DNA of 63,467 bases, counting the filler, from Hyphochytrium catenoides (lineage: Eukaryota > Protista > Hyphochytriomycota): the NCBI GenBank assembly GCA_900088475.1. It is 9 parts of 9 records of this genome, joined end to end, with 100 filler letters (N's around TTAATTAATTAA, not from the genome) between each part and the next. Parts side by side here need not be neighbours in the genome. Positions count along the whole stretch, not along the records: positions 46,923 to 48,250 come from FLMG01001640.1; positions 48,351 to 49,932 come from FLMG01000799.1; positions 50,033 to 51,112 come from FLMG01003633.1; positions 51,213 to 52,454 come from FLMG01003507.1; positions 52,555 to 54,034 come from FLMG01001943.1; positions 54,135 to 63,467 come from FLMG01001437.1; 3 more parts are not named here. One strand, written 5' to 3'. A model generated the notes under the pieces. That model was given only the letters and a program-made list of their open reading frames with translations, made no database searches and was not told the DNA's origin. The translations under genes were made by a program, and so were the position numbers. Of the stretch, positions 47,080 through 59,796 are shown one piece after another (the first letter of the stretch is position 1; the number at the start of each line of letters is the position of its first letter).

Positions 47080-47340
47080 CCCGGCCCGATCTATCCTATC
47101 AAGAATCTAGGGACAAGTGGCACACAGTGTGACTACAATGCACCTGTGGATCTGCCCTGCACAGCAGAAGAGTTTGAAGATGTTAGGTAGTTGCAGACAA
47201 GCTTACTAAGCAGGCGGACTCCATCTCGAGGAGGAAGTCGCTGACAGCTGAACAGGCAGCGCCACTCTACCTCAAGGACGTGGTCAAGCATCATGGTATC
47301 CGAAAAGTCATCATCTCAACCCGTGACAGCAAGACTTTCG
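47080..47340 (+). pseudogene. Degenerate Ty3/gypsy-type retrotransposon integrase fragment
   Basis: Frameshifted pieces translate to KWHTV, VVADKLTKQA and LTAEQAAPLYLKDVVKHHGIRKVIISTRDSK. These match the integrase core pattern VVVDRLTK..TA...A.LF...VVRLHGLP..I.SDRD, with the catalytic Asp replaced by Thr. Confidence 0.75.
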
Positions 47341-48201
47341 TTACGTCTTCCTCTGTGTGGTGCTTGTCTGTGACCTGAGGCCTGGCCAGCGAAGGTAAAT
47401 GTAAAGCGTCTTTCCTTCTCTCAAATCCCCGTTCTTCCCCCTAACATTTCATTAGCATTAACTGGTCGAGGATATCAGTGTCTCTCTCTCTCTCTCTCTC
47501 TCGATGATACTAACCCATCAATAAGCCCTTCATCATTATCAGCCTTACTCCCAACTAAGAGCAAGAGACCAGTGGATACTCACTGACTGGTTGATCATCT
47601 AGGGCTCAGGCGGTGCTGGCATCTCTCTATCGAAGTCCCCGGAATCTCTCAAACTATCGAAGGCTCCTGGGCTGTCGGCGCTTTCTTTCAACACTGATAG
47701 TCGGAGACAAGTTAGCTTAGCGACGATTGTGGATCTGGGTAGGGGAAGGTGTGGCTTGCCCTAGGGTTGCATCGGAAAGAAGAGAATAGCTCATGCTTCT
47801 CCTTCTTCATCAATCCCTAGTTAGCCAGTTAGTCAGTCACGAGGCTGTTGGTCCACAAGCTCTTTGATGTTTATTATACACTTTTGAGAAATGAGAAATG
47901 AAAGATGAAGCGCTCAGACGATTCCTTAGAACTTCCGACCTCGCTATCGCTAGAGGTGCTCTACATAGCGGTCGTCATGGCAAAGAGAGAGAAAGAGTGA
48001 CCGACAGAGAAAGGGAGAAAGGAAAGTATAAGAAAACGAAAGAGAGAGAGAGAGAAGAGGGAAGGAAAGAACAGCAGAATTGCCAATTCCTGCCGGTTAT
48101 CGTCTCCTCCCTTCAGGGCCGCGCCTCGTCCTTCTAAACGAGCTTCCCTTTTCCTGATAGACCAGTGAGGAGGCCGAGCACATGTTTCATCCTCTTGCCA
48201 C

Positions 48202-48242
<41 letters not shown>

Positions 48243-50153
48243 GGTCTCATNNNNNNNNNNNNNNNNNNNNNNNNNNNNNNNNNNNNNNNNNNNNTTAATT
48301 AATTAANNNNNNNNNNNNNNNNNNNNNNNNNNNNNNNNNNNNNNNNNNNNGGTAACGCTGTTCGAGTAAGGCGCTTTATTTATAATCAAGCGCTTGGCTC
48401 GTAACATATCTATGACAGGTATCCTTCAGTAGAAGTTTGGAACCAGGAACTCGAGGGCTGTAGACAGAAAGTGGCCGACCGTAGAGGTTGTATCTGTTGA
48501 GACTCTGGAATTGATAAAGAGCTTGGATGGATCGTTAGTTTGATTTTTCGGATGAGCAAGACCTTGAGCTCCTCCTCCCTTCTCCTCCTTTGAATGCACA
48601 AGAAGCAACCTGAAGTTCTTTCGTTGTCAATCAGCTTGGCCTTCATCTTCTTTCGAGACTCCACTGTCCTTCTCATAGCCATGGCAGTTCCTTTTTGAGC
48701 CCGCCTCAGAGCGAAAGCTGTCTTCTTTAGCGCATTCGAGGAGCGACTGGAGAGACTCTCCTCCGCCTCCTTTCCGCCTAGTAAACGGTGCTTCCTTGCA
48801 CGGTTTCCACTACCTTCCTGCTCAGCAGCTACCATGTAAGCTTACACTTCAAGTTCTCTGTGTGCCCCACTAGATTCGGAGTCTAGGGGTTTTGTTCGTC
48901 AGAAATGTCGATTTAATTTATAAGCTCTTCTTGATCAGTCCAGGGTTTTGTTAGTCCTATTAGTAGTCTGCAAGTATCTGAGGTGTAACGACTGGCGTCC
49001 TCTCTCCACCAAATATGACCTCTAATTAGTGGTCAGCAACGTTGCCTGGCCGTACATTTAGTGACCGATTACTTCTTATTATGAATATTAGTTTGTTATG
49101 TCGTAGCGAGAAATCCGGCGGACGGAGCGCTGACCCTTTCATAGTGGTAGTGTGGCCGCTGTCAATGATGTCTCTCGTAGAATGTCGTTCACTTGCTTGT
49201 TACTAGGAATAGTAGAGGCCACTAACTAACTCCATGCATCACACGACAACAAGCGGTCATAAACACAGACAAATGCATGGCAAAGGTAGTTGTGTGCAGA
49301 AAGATGGTGTACGTACCCAGGCAAGAGGCCGTTGTTGTTGGGTAGTTCATCATCTTATAATTGGTCATGGGCAGCTTAGAGTTTGAATTATACATCTGCT
49401 GCAGACACTGGGCGGCCTATTATAACACCTAAGGAAAGGTTATGCATTATTGGCTCCCAAGAACAAAGAGATACCGTGAGGAAGAGCCACTTTAGCCCGT
49501 GACATGTTCTTACATCAGTGAGAGACTGTTATTTAAAGTGAATGGCTCTCTCTATATTCTGAGTGATGCACTCTTCTCCTCACAATATGGCGCCAAGAAA
49601 ACTTTCCGAATAGGCATGAAGGAGAGGAGGGTCAGTGCTTCGAAGTAGCTTAAGCACCGCCGGAGTAGTAGGATGGTCCACCAGCTGCAAGCAGCATATA
49701 CCGACGGAAACTACAGTGTCAAGCAATAAGAAGAGTACTTTCGAGACTTGTCCTGAAGCTAGCCCCAAGTCGCAGCACTGTCAAGAATATGGCAGTCCGC
49801 GCGCTCGTGTCCATAGAGGCCCATGTTAACTTTCATGTTGCGTCCATAGAACGGGGAATAGTGGGTGGTTTAGAGGGACCCCCGTAGGCAACACCCCGTC
49901 TATCTCTGGAAAGCTGGGCGATGTTTTCCATGNNNNNNNNNNNNNNNNNNNNNNNNNNNNNNNNNNNNNNNNNNNNTTAATTAATTAANNNNNNNNNNNN
50001 NNNNNNNNNNNNNNNNNNNNNNNNNNNNNNNNCTCTCTCTCTCTCTCTCTCTCTCTCCTGTACTCTCTCTCTTCCTGTCTCTCTCTCTAGTTTCTCTACC
50101 TCTCCTGACTCACTCTCTTCCTGTCTCTCTCTCCCTCTAGTTTCTCTCTCTCG

Positions 50154-50184
<31 letters not shown>

Positions 50185-51212
50185 CATTTTCTCTCTTTCT
50201 TTTTCTCTCTCTATCTCTTTCTCTCACTCTTTCTCTCTCCATTTTCCCTCTTTCTTTCTCTCTCTCTCACACTCTCTCTCTCTCTCTCCATTTTCTGCCT
50301 TGTTCCATCTCTTTCTAATCTTCTCTGTCTCCGCTCTGGACTTTCCAGTCCCTGTGTTTCTCTACCTTTCTCTCTTTATCTGTCTCTCTGTCTCTGCCTA
50401 TCTGTCTCTCTGTGCCTCGGTCTTTGTCTGTCTCTACTTCTCTGTCTGTCCAAGTGACTGAAGACAAGGAGATCTCTCACCATGTAACCCAGACGTCAGA
50501 GGCGGCTAACGTTTAGGTGAATGCCTTGAGTACAATAACCACAAGACCAGGTTATCACCGTAATTGTTGGGAAAGAGGGAGCTGACATGTTCAGTACTCC
50601 CCCTAGATGAGCTGACCGGCGAAACCTCAGATCGAACAACGTTCATGATGTGTGTCCGACAATGAAAGAACCAGGAATCTCCATCATCCCATCATTTCAT
50701 TCATCACAGGGGCGCTGCTCCGGGAACGAAGCCACGGACCTCATCAGCTCAACACCTGGAAGGCTGCAGGCTGAGTCCTAACCTCTTCGAGCCTTCTTGC
50801 TGGGCGGGCGGTGTCGGACTTTGCTCCATCATCTTGTGTCAGGGCTCTTCTGGGACAATATTTATTGAGTCACTGTGGAAAGTTGTACGAGCAGTCTGAG
50901 CTAAGAGAAGAAACTCACTGCTATATTGGAGGCCCCGGTTATTGCGAGAGGACCCGGCAAGGCAAAAAGAAAGAGGAAGCGTTCAGACAAAAGAAAAGCG
51001 GAACCGATAGAGAAGAGACGTCCCACAAGGGTGGGACTAGGAGAAGCAGCTAGGCAGAACTCTATCTAGCTAGGTTTTGGAGGGCGATGGCGAGGGGAAC
51101 AGAGAGAGATCTNNNNNNNNNNNNNNNNNNNNNNNNNNNNNNNNNNNNNNNNNNNNTTAATTAATTAANNNNNNNNNNNNNNNNNNNNNNNNNNNNNNNN
51201 NNNNNNNNNNNN

Positions 51213-52447
51213 GACCAGAAGAAAGACGCCGTGATCTCAGGGACATAGTGGAAGTGTCTGGCAAGGCCCCACCAGCCGGAGAGAAGGAGAAGACTCTCTT
51301 TCTTCCCCTTGTCCGTCTCATACTGAGCCGTGATGAACTCTGCTGGCTTTCCCCATACATTGCACTTGCCCTTGGCCGCTCTGAAGCTCTGTCTCTGTCT
51401 ATCGCAATCATAGTTGATCCAGATAGAGAGCAAGCCTAAGAAAGTGATGAGAAGAGAGAGAGGGAGACCAAGAGAGACAGGATGGTTGACGAGGAAGAAG
51501 GTATGCGAGGTGTAGATGGTCGGGAGAAAGACAAGGCATCCCCAGCAGATATAATAGCCCGCTCGGTCGTGCATGATGTCGATGGACGCAAGATATCCCG
51601 TCTCCCAGAGGAAGAACTTGAAGACATAGACCAGTTGCAGGCCAACATTCACTGCCATTGAGTCAGACAGCGTGCCAACCCGTTCCATCTGCGCCAGAGC
51701 GTAAGACAGCGTAGAGATCGCCCAGAAGACCATTCCAAAGCGGCAGTTCGTGAACATCTTCACATCGAAGCCAAAGATCCTGGGATAGAGCTCTGTTCCC
51801 CAGTAATAGTCGAAGATCAGGTTGCCTGTGTGCCCAGCGTCAGTGGAAGAAGGGAAGACTCTTCCTTTCACATAGAGAAGCGCACAGAAGACGAGAGCGA
51901 AGAGGTTCATGGAAGAGAGAAGAGAGCCAGAGTAGTCATAGACAATGCCTCCGTTGTACAGTCCATAGTGCACGCCCAAGAAGAAGAGAGCGATGGAGAG
52001 AAAGAAGCACTGCACGCCATTTGCCGTGTAGACAGGGACATTTCCTGTCGGTGTCACTGGTCCATGGAACGTCTTTCCTGGGACGAAGCGCATGAGAGCA
52101 AGCTGTACGGCCATGTAGATGCCAATAATCTTCCAGGCAACAGGGTTGAGAGGTGAAGGCCAAGCTTTAGACAGCGTTGTCGCTACTCCGTCTTTCAAAA
52201 ACGAGGAGAAAAGGAGAGAGAAAGAGCCGTCCAGGTGGAAGTTAGTGTACCAGACAAGCATGACAAAGACGGGAGGCACGGTGATGAGAAAGAGAGGACC
52301 GAGGAATCTTCTCCCGGGCATCATCCCCACGCTGACGCCCGTGTTATTGCCCCACATCCCGTCGCCCTTGCTTGTTTCTCCTCTTTTAGGGCTCATCTTG
52401 CCATTCCCTCTCCCTGTCTTCGCTCCGCCGTTTGCTGCTTTTGCCAT
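51213..52447 (-). CDS. DHCR7: Sterol delta-7 reductase (7-dehydrocholesterol reductase/DWF5, ERG4/ERG24 family); intronless, 3'-truncated
   Basis: Motifs GPVTPTGNVPVYTANG, DYYWGTELYPRI, DVKMFTNCRFGM, DIMHDRAGYYICWGCLV and LLLSGWWGLARHFHYVPE. Confidence 0.93.
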
Positions 52448-53085
52448 GACTGCTNNNNNNNNNNNNNNNNNNNNNNNNNNNNNNNNNNNNNNNNNNNNTT
52501 AATTAATTAANNNNNNNNNNNNNNNNNNNNNNNNNNNNNNNNNNNNNNNNNNNNTTAGTCTTCATGGGCCCAAAGGGGCCAATCGGCGTTGGAGGGTTAG
52601 GTGAGGTCTGGAGAAAAAGACAGATGATGGCTTCCAGCGCTCAATAGAAGAGGTCCTGCTTCTTTAGGCCAACATAGACAGAGTTCGGCAAAGATCAGAG
52701 AACGCAATCTTCTCCTAAGTCTTGCCTTCCTCTGATTGTTTCAGCTTGAAGAACAAACTGCGCATTGGCGATGCTTGCATTGCCGCTTCTGAACAAAACA
52801 AGAGTTCGGCAGAGCGACTCTCTGGAAGGTGCGCTCTTGGTCTGGTGTGACTTGCAAGAGGATCATTCTCTTGAAATTCTTACTACTATAGGGATAGGCT
52901 GATACGTTTCAGGGGTCAACCAGTCTGTCTAACGGGGTCTCAATCTGTTGTTCTGAGGTCATCAATCTTAGATCATAAGAGTTTGTCCGAACGACCAAAG
53001 AGGAGAAGGGTTGAGTAGTAGAGGGATAAATGCTGGATAATATCTGCTACTCGCTGGCTCCGGATAGGCTTGTAGCTTAGGGTTG

Positions 53086-53717
53086 GATAGGGTGGAGAAA
53101 GAAGGTTGGAATCATTGAGCTCATCCGTGTCCCATGCAGTGACTCTCGCCGCTTCTGAGTCTTTAAAGACGGTAGTACTTCTCTGCTTACAATGATGGTC
53201 GGCGCCAACATTTGTTTGTGTACTCATTGGCGGAGATAATAACTGAATCGCCTACACTTTCTATTACTTTTTATCAGCAACAGAGCCACTGACCATCAAG
53301 ATTGCCATCGACAGCAGAGGTTGAGTTCGCGTGGGAACGGAGAAAGATCTTCTTGGGAGAGCTCTCCTACATTTCCCTGGCTCCTGCTGCTGCTAAGATA
53401 GGGTGGAGAAAGAAGGTTGGAATCATTGAGCTCATCCGTGTCCTCCCATGCAGTGACTCTCGCCGCTTCTGAGTCTTTGGAGACGGTAGTACTTCTCTGC
53501 TTACAATGATGATCGGCGCCAACATTTGTTTGTGTACTCATTGGCGGAGATAACTGAATGGCCTACACTTCCTATTACTTTTTATCAGCAACAGAGCCAC
53601 TGACCATCAAGATTGCCATCGACAGCATCGACAGCAGAGGTTGAGTTCCCGTGGGAACGGAGAAAGATCTTGTTTGGAGAGTTCTGCTACCTTCGCCTGG
53701 CTCCTGCTGCTGCTAAG
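53086..53717. repeat. Direct tandem duplication, unit ~311 bp, 2 copies
   Basis: GATAGGGTGGAGAAAGAAGGTTGGAATC... starts at 53086 and at 53397. Both copies end CTCCTGCTGCTGCTAAG and differ by a few substitutions and small indels. Confidence 0.95.
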
Positions 53718-55175
53718 CCGTTCTTTTCTTGTCGGAGCTGATTGTGTAGTAACTGAAGGAAGAAATGTCTAGAGACATTGTCGCAGCTATAAACTACGGG
53801 TTCGAAGCTACAGCTGCAAGGAGCACTAATAACATCCTCTTATTATAGTTTGATGAGAGGTGGCTTGTTAACCCTTAATACCTTGCTCATTGCCTGTGTG
53901 TAACCAAAGTCAGGACCAGTGTATCTATCATAAAATCAAAGAAGCTTATGGAGAAGAAATAAATATGTTTGGTGGCAAAGGACTCTTTGTTTTTCTCCTT
54001 CTTATTACTTCTCCTTCTCGCGAATTATGGTCTCNNNNNNNNNNNNNNNNNNNNNNNNNNNNNNNNNNNNNNNNNNNNTTAATTAATTAANNNNNNNNNN
54101 NNNNNNNNNNNNNNNNNNNNNNNNNNNNNNNNNNATCCATGGATGGTTAGAGAGGTGCACCACTGTGCACTAGCGGATCATCATTGACGCGTATCTTCAT
54201 GTCTGTTATTAGTGCAGAAGTGCGGATTGTGCAACTATAAGGAAGAGGCAGGAGAAGAAGAGATAAGAGGAGAGACACCTGGAGAGGGAGAGAGAGAGAG
54301 AGGGCAATAATGAAGGACAACTGGAAACAGAGAGAAAGAGGCGCAAGAGAGAGAAGAGAGAGGTGACAATATAGTGGAAACATAAGAGGAAGTGACAGGT
54401 AGTGACGTGAGAGGCTAAGAGAGGAACTAGAAGAGAAGAGAGGACGACTGAAAGGTTTGACTGTGAGATGTTCAGCACCACCGCACTGCTATTGCATGGC
54501 AAAGGCTGTGGATCACTGCTGTATCTTCAGCTCTGTACCTTTTAGCAGAACTGCTGCAGCAGTGTCAGACAGGACACGAATCGTCGAGTGAGAAGAGCGC
54601 GGTAGAGGAAGAGGGAAGAGAGAGAGAGAGAGAGACAGAGAGAAGGATAGCACTTGAGAGCGAGAATCGAGAAGGGGGAAGACGATGAGAAAGAGGAGAA
54701 GAGCGGTTGAAATGATGGAAGATAGTCGATCAACGAGTAGCAAGAGCAAGCACCAGAAGAGTGCAAATAGATTTGAAGAAGAGAAGCGGTCTTAGTTCTT
54801 GATGTCCTGCCTCTCTCTTCAGAGATCTGTCCACTCTTCTGGTGGGTTAGCTGATGGCTGCAAGCTTCTTACACAGGGCCTTTGGCTGAAGCAGGGATGG
54901 ACAAAGGATAGGAGACGACATAGAAGGAGAGCGCGGCGTCTGTCTATCTTCTCGCTGCAGCAGAAGAGGAAGAAGCTAGTGTGGAGGAGCAGGCAGGCGG
55001 CAACTGTGTAGAGGACGAGAGAAGGTAATAAGAGAAGTGCGATGGACGGAAGAGCCAGAGATGAAGAGTAGGAATCTTCTTGGGTCGGGTTCCACTTCTT
55101 TCTGTCAGCAGGGAGGTTGGCAGTTCGGGAGAGAGAGAGAGAGAGANNNNNNNNNNNNNNNNNNNNNNNNNNNNN

Positions 55176-55207
<32 letters not shown>

Positions 55208-55569
55208 ATGAGGCAGAGAGGGACCCCCCTAGACCTAGGGTTAGGGTTAGCGTTTCTCAGAACTTCGAAAGTAGTATATTACGGAATAGGGTATAGTATC
55301 TTCCTGATAATCTTATGCGATGCATAAAGTATTCTTAATATATACACTTGAACAAATGAGAGGCGTTTTGAGGATGAGGATCAAGAGGATTGATCTCACG
55401 AGAAAAGTAACTGGACGAGCCCACGTTGAAGGTTGAAGAAGGAGAAAGAAGGAAGTGCCAGAGACCTGAGAGGAAGGAGAGAAAGATAGGATACGGAGAT
55501 AAAGAAGAAGAGAAGTAGAGAAGAGGAGGAGGAAAAGAAGAGAGAAAGAAGATTAAGAGGAAAGAAGAG

Positions 55570-56100
55570 GAAACATGATGATGAAGAACAGAAGAAGAAT
55601 GGTAAAGGAGAAAGAAGAAGGACGAGGTAGAAGAAGAGAAGAGGGAAGAGAAGACGGAAACTAGAGAACGAGAAGAAGGAAAAGAAGAAGAGAAAGAAGA
55701 AGAAGGGAAAGAAGGGAAAAGAAGAGGGAACATGATGAAGAACAGAAAATGAATGGTGAAAGAGAAAGAATAAAAGGAAGAAGAAGAAGAAGAGAAGAGG
55801 GAAGAGAAGAAGGAAACTAGAGAACGAGAAGAAGGAAAAAGAAGAAGAGAAAGAAGAAGAAGGGAAAAGAAGAGGGAACATGATGAAGAAAGAAGAAGAA
55901 TGGGAAAGGAGAAATAAGAAAAAGGAAGAAGAAGAAGAAAAAGAGAAGAGGGAAGAGAAGAAGGAAACTAGAGAACGAGAAGAAGGAAAAAGAAGAAGAG
56001 AAAGAAGAAGAAGGGAAAGAAGGGAAAAGAAGAGGGAACATGATGAAGAAAGAAGAAGAATGGGAAAAGAGAAATAAGAAAAAGGAAGAAGAAGAAGCGA
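55570..56100. repeat. Purine-rich compound minisatellite, ~150-160-bp unit, ~3.5 copies, inside a longer GAA-rich tract
   Basis: Anchor GGAAACTAGAGAACGAGAAGAAGG at ~55656, ~55812 and ~55963; anchor CATGATGA at ~55574, ~55731, ~55879 and ~56039. Confidence 0.85.
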
Positions 56101-57982
56101 AGACGAAAGAAAGCGAAGAAGAAGAGAAGGGGAAGAAGAAGGGAAAAGAAAGAAGAGGAAAAATCGATAAGAGACAGAAGAAGAGTGGTGAAGACGAAAA
56201 GGAGAAAGAGAAAGAAGAAGAAGAGAAGAAGGAAGAAGACGATGCAAAAGGGGACGATGAAGAATAAGAAGTAGAAGAGTGGAAGGTGAAGAAGAAGAAA
56301 AGTAGAAGAACAAGAAGAAGAGGAGAAGGCGCGCTTGAGGCCTGCTCAGGCTTAATCAGACGCTACTACTGGACAGAGAAAGAGCAACAAGGGAGGAGGA
56401 GCTATAAATAGTCTAGGAACTTCTAATAAAAGGAAAGACGACACGAGGCAGTGCCTCTAGATAGACACCACCGCCTCGCGCCCGCAGCTTGTTAGCCCAT
56501 TACACGGCCAAAGAGACAGCGGCTCCTCTCCTCTCTCTTCTCTCCCGCCTGGAAGATGAACAGGAGATACTACTAGGCAGCCTGGTCTCTCTATTGACGA
56601 AAAAGACAGCGCTCTTCTCTCATAGATCTCCTGTTGATGACGATGATGAAGCTACCACCAGCAGCGAAGAAGGAAGAATGAACGGTGCCAGGTATCCACT
56701 GACCTTAGACACATTTAAGCAAATAGAAGAGCAAGGAGAGTGAATGAGAATGGATTGCCAAGTGAAGGAGAAGAGTAATAGAGAGCAAGACTTCGTGCAC
56801 AGAGGAGACGAAAGAGCTGCCCTCTCAGAAGAGGAACCAAGACATGGAAGAGCACGACGAGCGGACAGAGAGGGACGGCCGTCATCGCAGTAGAAAAGGA
56901 AAGAGCAGGAGGACGCGCGCGGCGGGCAAGAAGAGAAGGACAAGCTTCCCAAGCATCCGAGAGAAAGAGAGAGTCTAAACCTTAGCGGTAAGAGGAAGGA
57001 GCTGAGTCAAAAACGGAAAGAAGAAAAGTGGAAGAAAAGGACTCATAGCAGGCACTCCAAGATTTATTAGGCACATCGGCCGGCACCTCATCTGCCTGCT
57101 CGATAGATAGATGTTCAGACTTCAAAGGCCGTGGTTTGAACCAGCGAAGGTCGTTTGGCGCCAACAAATTCCTGCTCGTAAAGGCGCCATTGATGCTACT
57201 AACGCCACTGGCAGCTATGTATGCGCTGAACGCTTGACATAGCAGCCTCCAACTCTAGGAGGTTCTCAGGATATGCTCACGCTGTTTGCCAGAAGATCTA
57301 TTTCTCCCGCTGGACCATTGTCTTGAGCTCTGTTAGGACCTTCAGGCTCCAGTCCCAAGGAACAGTTAGCCGCTTTTGTTTACTTCTTCTCACATCTGAG
57401 GCCAGTAAGAGTTGACTCTTACGTCAGAGTGGGCCCTGAAGCGGGAGCCCAATCTTATAATTGGAAACCTTGGGAAGATGGTGGACGCACGGTAAGAGTC
57501 GCAGTTGGTGGCTGAGTGCAAGCTCCATCGCTTGGACTGTCCCATGCGGAGTAGCCTGCAGCACTGTCCATATCATCATCTGCTGCCTGGCTCATTCTCA
57601 TTATATAATCAAAGCTTAAGTGTAGGAACCTCCTCTATTCAAAGACGCAATGGTCGCTTACTTCGCTGTCCTGTCCGCTCTGGGGAGAGCAACAAATCCG
57701 TAGCTGGAGCGCATCGCATGTCGGCTACCAGCCACGCGCGCCTGTTCTGTCGCTGATGATTAGGCTATCTCTAGGCACCAGCAGCGAGAGTAGTGAGGCC
57801 CAACAACAGGGACACGAAAGAAAAGCAGCCATCATCCCTCAGCGCGTGCCTTACCTCTCCACAGGCAAGCGTTGCAACTCTCTGGACAAAAAGAGAAGGT
57901 GTCTTGGTATAAGTGAGTGGCCTACATGTCTCCTCCTCTCCTCCTAAAAGCATAACTGCGTGCAGCAGGCAAGCTCGACAGG

Positions 57983-59796
57983 CTATCTATCGCGGCCGAA
58001 GAAACAGTTGAGTTCCCTCCAAGGTTGCCTTAGCCATGATCCCTTGTTGGCGTCCTTCGCTGCGGGGCTAGAAGAGGATCCTCGTGACTTGCTGGTTGCC
58101 TGTGACAGAGTAGATGCATGAACCTTCTTATCGCCAGCTTTGTGTCTCCCGTTGTTCTTATTGTTGAACCTCATCACATGCGCAGCTAACAAGACGCGAT
58201 TCTCCTCTGCAGAGAGCGCTTGATGGCTCCTGGCATAGACATAATAGTAGAGAATCATGACCAACAGGATCAGGGCAAAGCTCAGGGCTTCGGTGGCGCC
58301 GTGCCCTTCGAAGACCATCACGCCAACGAGTGAGCAAGCCAGATGCACAGCCCTACGACTGCTCCAGGGACGCCGAATGGACTGGTAAACGTCCCTTTGC
58401 TGGACTTGAAATAGTGTCTCTTCATGGCGATATAGCCTACCATTTGTCCGGCGTAGGCCACGAAGGCACTCATAATGCAAAGATTGTAGAGGTAAGCTTC
58501 CACGCCGTTAATAAAGACGACCATGAGGCACAGGACGTAGCTGAGAGATGTACCGGCGACTAAGGCATACGCAGGCGTATCATACATGGAGCTCTGTCCT
58601 AGCACGGCTGGTAGAAGCCGAGAGCTTGCTAGCGCGGCAATGAGCTTCCCATAGCACCACATAAAGCCAAAGGCGGTAGCGTACGTCGCAGGCAGTGAGA
58701 ATATCGTTGCCATCCGGTCCTCCAGGCCAAAGATCTGACTGAAGCCATTGTTGAACGGCAGTAACACGGTGGATAGGTTCTCTTCCTGCTCCTCCTCCCC
58801 GCTGGATCTGGATGGTGGTAAGCTCACGGTGATGAAGTAGACCATCGTTCCCGTGAATAAGAGAGTGAGAGCGCAAGCAGCCTGAGCCATTGGCACCACG
58901 CGTTTGGGCTGTAGCACCTGGTCACAAGCCAAGGGCAGGGCCTCCACGCCAACATAGAACCATGGGGCTAGAGGCAGCGACCGTAGAAAGCCTTCTATGC
59001 CGCCGACGAAGTTGCCAAGCTTGTGCTGAGGAATGCTCTTCTCAAGGTTAACATAGGGCAAAGAACCAAAGCAGAAGAGGAGGAGAATGAGCGTGGACGG
59101 TACGCCCAGGAACCAGATAAAGTACCAGAAGGGTCGGCCACCGCGGATGTGGACTGGCAGCGCTGTGGCGTAGAAGGCTAGCCACAATAGAGGCTCATAA
59201 CCTCTGAGCCCAGGGGCTGCTTCCACGATCATTCTAGCCAAGGACACGACAGAGGAGGCGACGTAGGCGACGTACTCAAGGGCTTCACAGGCTCCAACCA
59301 GGAAAGCAGGCAAGAAGCCCAAGGTGCATCTGGAAAGGCCATAGGCTCCTCCTGCAAAGGGCAAGTGGCCAGTGATCTCTGCTGTGCAGCAACAGAGGAT
59401 GATATAACCTATTGAAGTGAGGAAGTAAGCGATGAGATAGCTGTACAAGCCAGCCTGAAGCCCGGCGTTCCAGCTGAAGTACTGGCCTCCAATGACGATG
59501 GTGAGGCCCAGCATCCATATGTCCAAACGGCCTGGGCTATACTCTTGCAGAACATCGCTTGTCGCCGGTACAGCCACAGATTGCCGGTGATCATCGAGCT
59601 CTTCACCGCTTTGACTCAGCCGCTGCTGCGGAAGACTGCTGCCTCCTCCTTGGCGATTGCCTGCTCGAGAGGACTCTGTGGAGCTCAGCGGCCTACTGTT
59701 CTCGGCGATGGTGGAGGTATCATGAGACGAAGACAGGTTTTTAGAGGAGGACGGAGAGAGGACCTTCGAAAACGAAGGCAACTCTGAGATGCCCAT
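57983..59796 (-). CDS. APC-superfamily amino acid/ethanolamine permease with a 1-nt frameshift near 58336 (pseudogene or sequencing error)
   Basis: TM1 motif IWMLGLTIVIGGQYFSWNAGL, AEITGHLPFAGGAYG, WFYVGVEALPL and FTSPFG lie in ORF 59796-58318. The last TM and tail (SLVGVMVF..YYYVYARSHQALSAEE) continue in ORF 58480-57983. Adding one T (TGG CTT [T]GC TCA) fuses the two. Confidence 0.85.

Noticed and set aside
55236-55250. TTAGGG telomeric repeat
   Set aside because: Only about two units and internal to a contig; insufficient to call a telomere.
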